Of a stretch of DNA of 64,000 nucleotides, positions 63,508 to 64,000 are shown one piece after another. This DNA is from a virus. Below the pieces are notes generated by a model that saw nothing but the letters and a program-made list of their open reading frames with translations, searched no databases and was not told the DNA's origin. Location: positions 32,001-96,000 of the IMG/VR virus record IMGVR_UViG_3300045988_173726. One strand, given 5' to 3'. How positions within the stretch are numbered: position 1 is the first letter of the stretch; every line of letters starts with the position of its first letter. A program made the translations under genes and the position numbers.

Positions 63508-64000
63508 GTAATCGACAGTTTCTAACAATGCGGAAGAAGCAGGAATTATTTCTCGATTTTCTATGTTGTTTTAGTTAGCTAAGGTTATTTCATTAGGGGC
63601 GCAGGGTGGTGAGGTGTAATGCAGAAACTAAAGTTGACTACAGTAGCACAGCTACATGAGGGGAGTAACCGATGTTTAATTGAATATATGGAATCTTCTC
63701 GTAGCGATTACGGAAAAGCATTGCGAGAGACTTTCTATGCAATCAAGCGAGGAGGAGTAAATAAGTCAAAGTACAACACATATCTCCAGTATAAATACGG
63801 AATTTCTAGTCGGACTGCAAATTCTATCATTTATGACGCACAAGGACGCTTTAATGCTCTTAAGGAGTTAAAAGGGCATGAAAGGAAGCAGTTGGAGAGA
63901 AAAATTAAGTATATTGAGAGTGTAGTTATTCCAAAGCTAGTTGAGAAAAGGAATCAGAACTCAGCTAAAATTCAAGACGGAGCATATGTGTTGCTGGGTC
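63508..64000 (+). mobile_element. TnpB-like element copy 3 (partial, runs off the window)
   Basis: The left end GTAATCGACAGTTTCTAACAATGCGGAAGAAGCAGGAATTATTTCTCGATTTTC lies 26 nt after the miniature element's right end. Confidence 0.7.
63619..64000 (+). CDS. TnpB/Cas12-superfamily protein, paralog 3 (N-terminal 127 codons only)
   Basis: My translation MQKLKLTTVAQLHEGSNRCLIEYMESSRSDYGKALRETFYAIKRGG... is colinear with copies 1 and 2. It is open to the window end. Confidence 0.6.
   Translation, partial: MQKLKLTTVAQLHEGSNRCLIEYMESSRSDYGKALRETFYAIKRGGVNKSKYNTYLQYKYGISSRTANSIIYDAQGRFNALKELKGHERKQLERKIKYIESVVIPKLVEKRNQNSAKIQDGAYVLLG

Noticed and set aside
1-64000. Alternative genetic code / stop-codon reassignment, as seen in some large gut phages
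   Set aside because: Genes are long, contiguous and end at ordinary stops next to the following SD under the standard code. No in-frame TAG/TGA-interrupted gene fragments were seen.

Overview
All credible genes in this 64 kb window are on the + strand. It reads like the replication/early-middle region of a large dsDNA phage or phage-like replicon from a Gram-positive (Bacillota-type) host. The host inference rests on GGAGG-type Shine-Dalgarno sites, TTGACx-17-TAAGAT promoters and hairpin+T-run terminators.

Recognisable genes:
- Replication and repair: family A DNA polymerase with 3'-5' exonuclease, DnaG-type primase core, gp32-like zinc SSB, UvrD-type helicase, Mre11/SbcD nuclease, a Rad50/SbcC ATPase split into two distant genes, and HolA-like and beta-clamp-like proteins.
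- Two weak sigma-like candidates.
- Envelope-related cargo: MscS channel, LCP-family ligase, two lipoproteins, a J-domain protein and a 1211-aa multi-domain wall hydrolase.
- Two BspA-type LRR proteins and many proteins of unknown function.
- No tRNA, rRNA or CRISPR array was found.

Most interesting signals:
1. A multi-copy TnpB-like element: two complete copies, one copy cut by the window edge, and one ORF-less miniature copy. The protein keeps RuvC motifs I and II but lacks the zinc ribbon and the third catalytic carboxylate. Each copy carries a conserved ~215-nt structured 3' RNA (GNRA tetraloop swaps between copies). One copy sits in frame inside the 3' end of the HolA-like gene.
2. A ~1.6 kb ORF-free array of at least 25 copies of GAAAGNAAGTTTC, arranged as dyads phased 32 bp apart. 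A three-copy mini-array lies in front of the helicase gene.
3. Other conserved non-coding repeats flank an isolated mscS gene and two operon starts.

Functional calls come from motif recognition by eye. No database search was possible.
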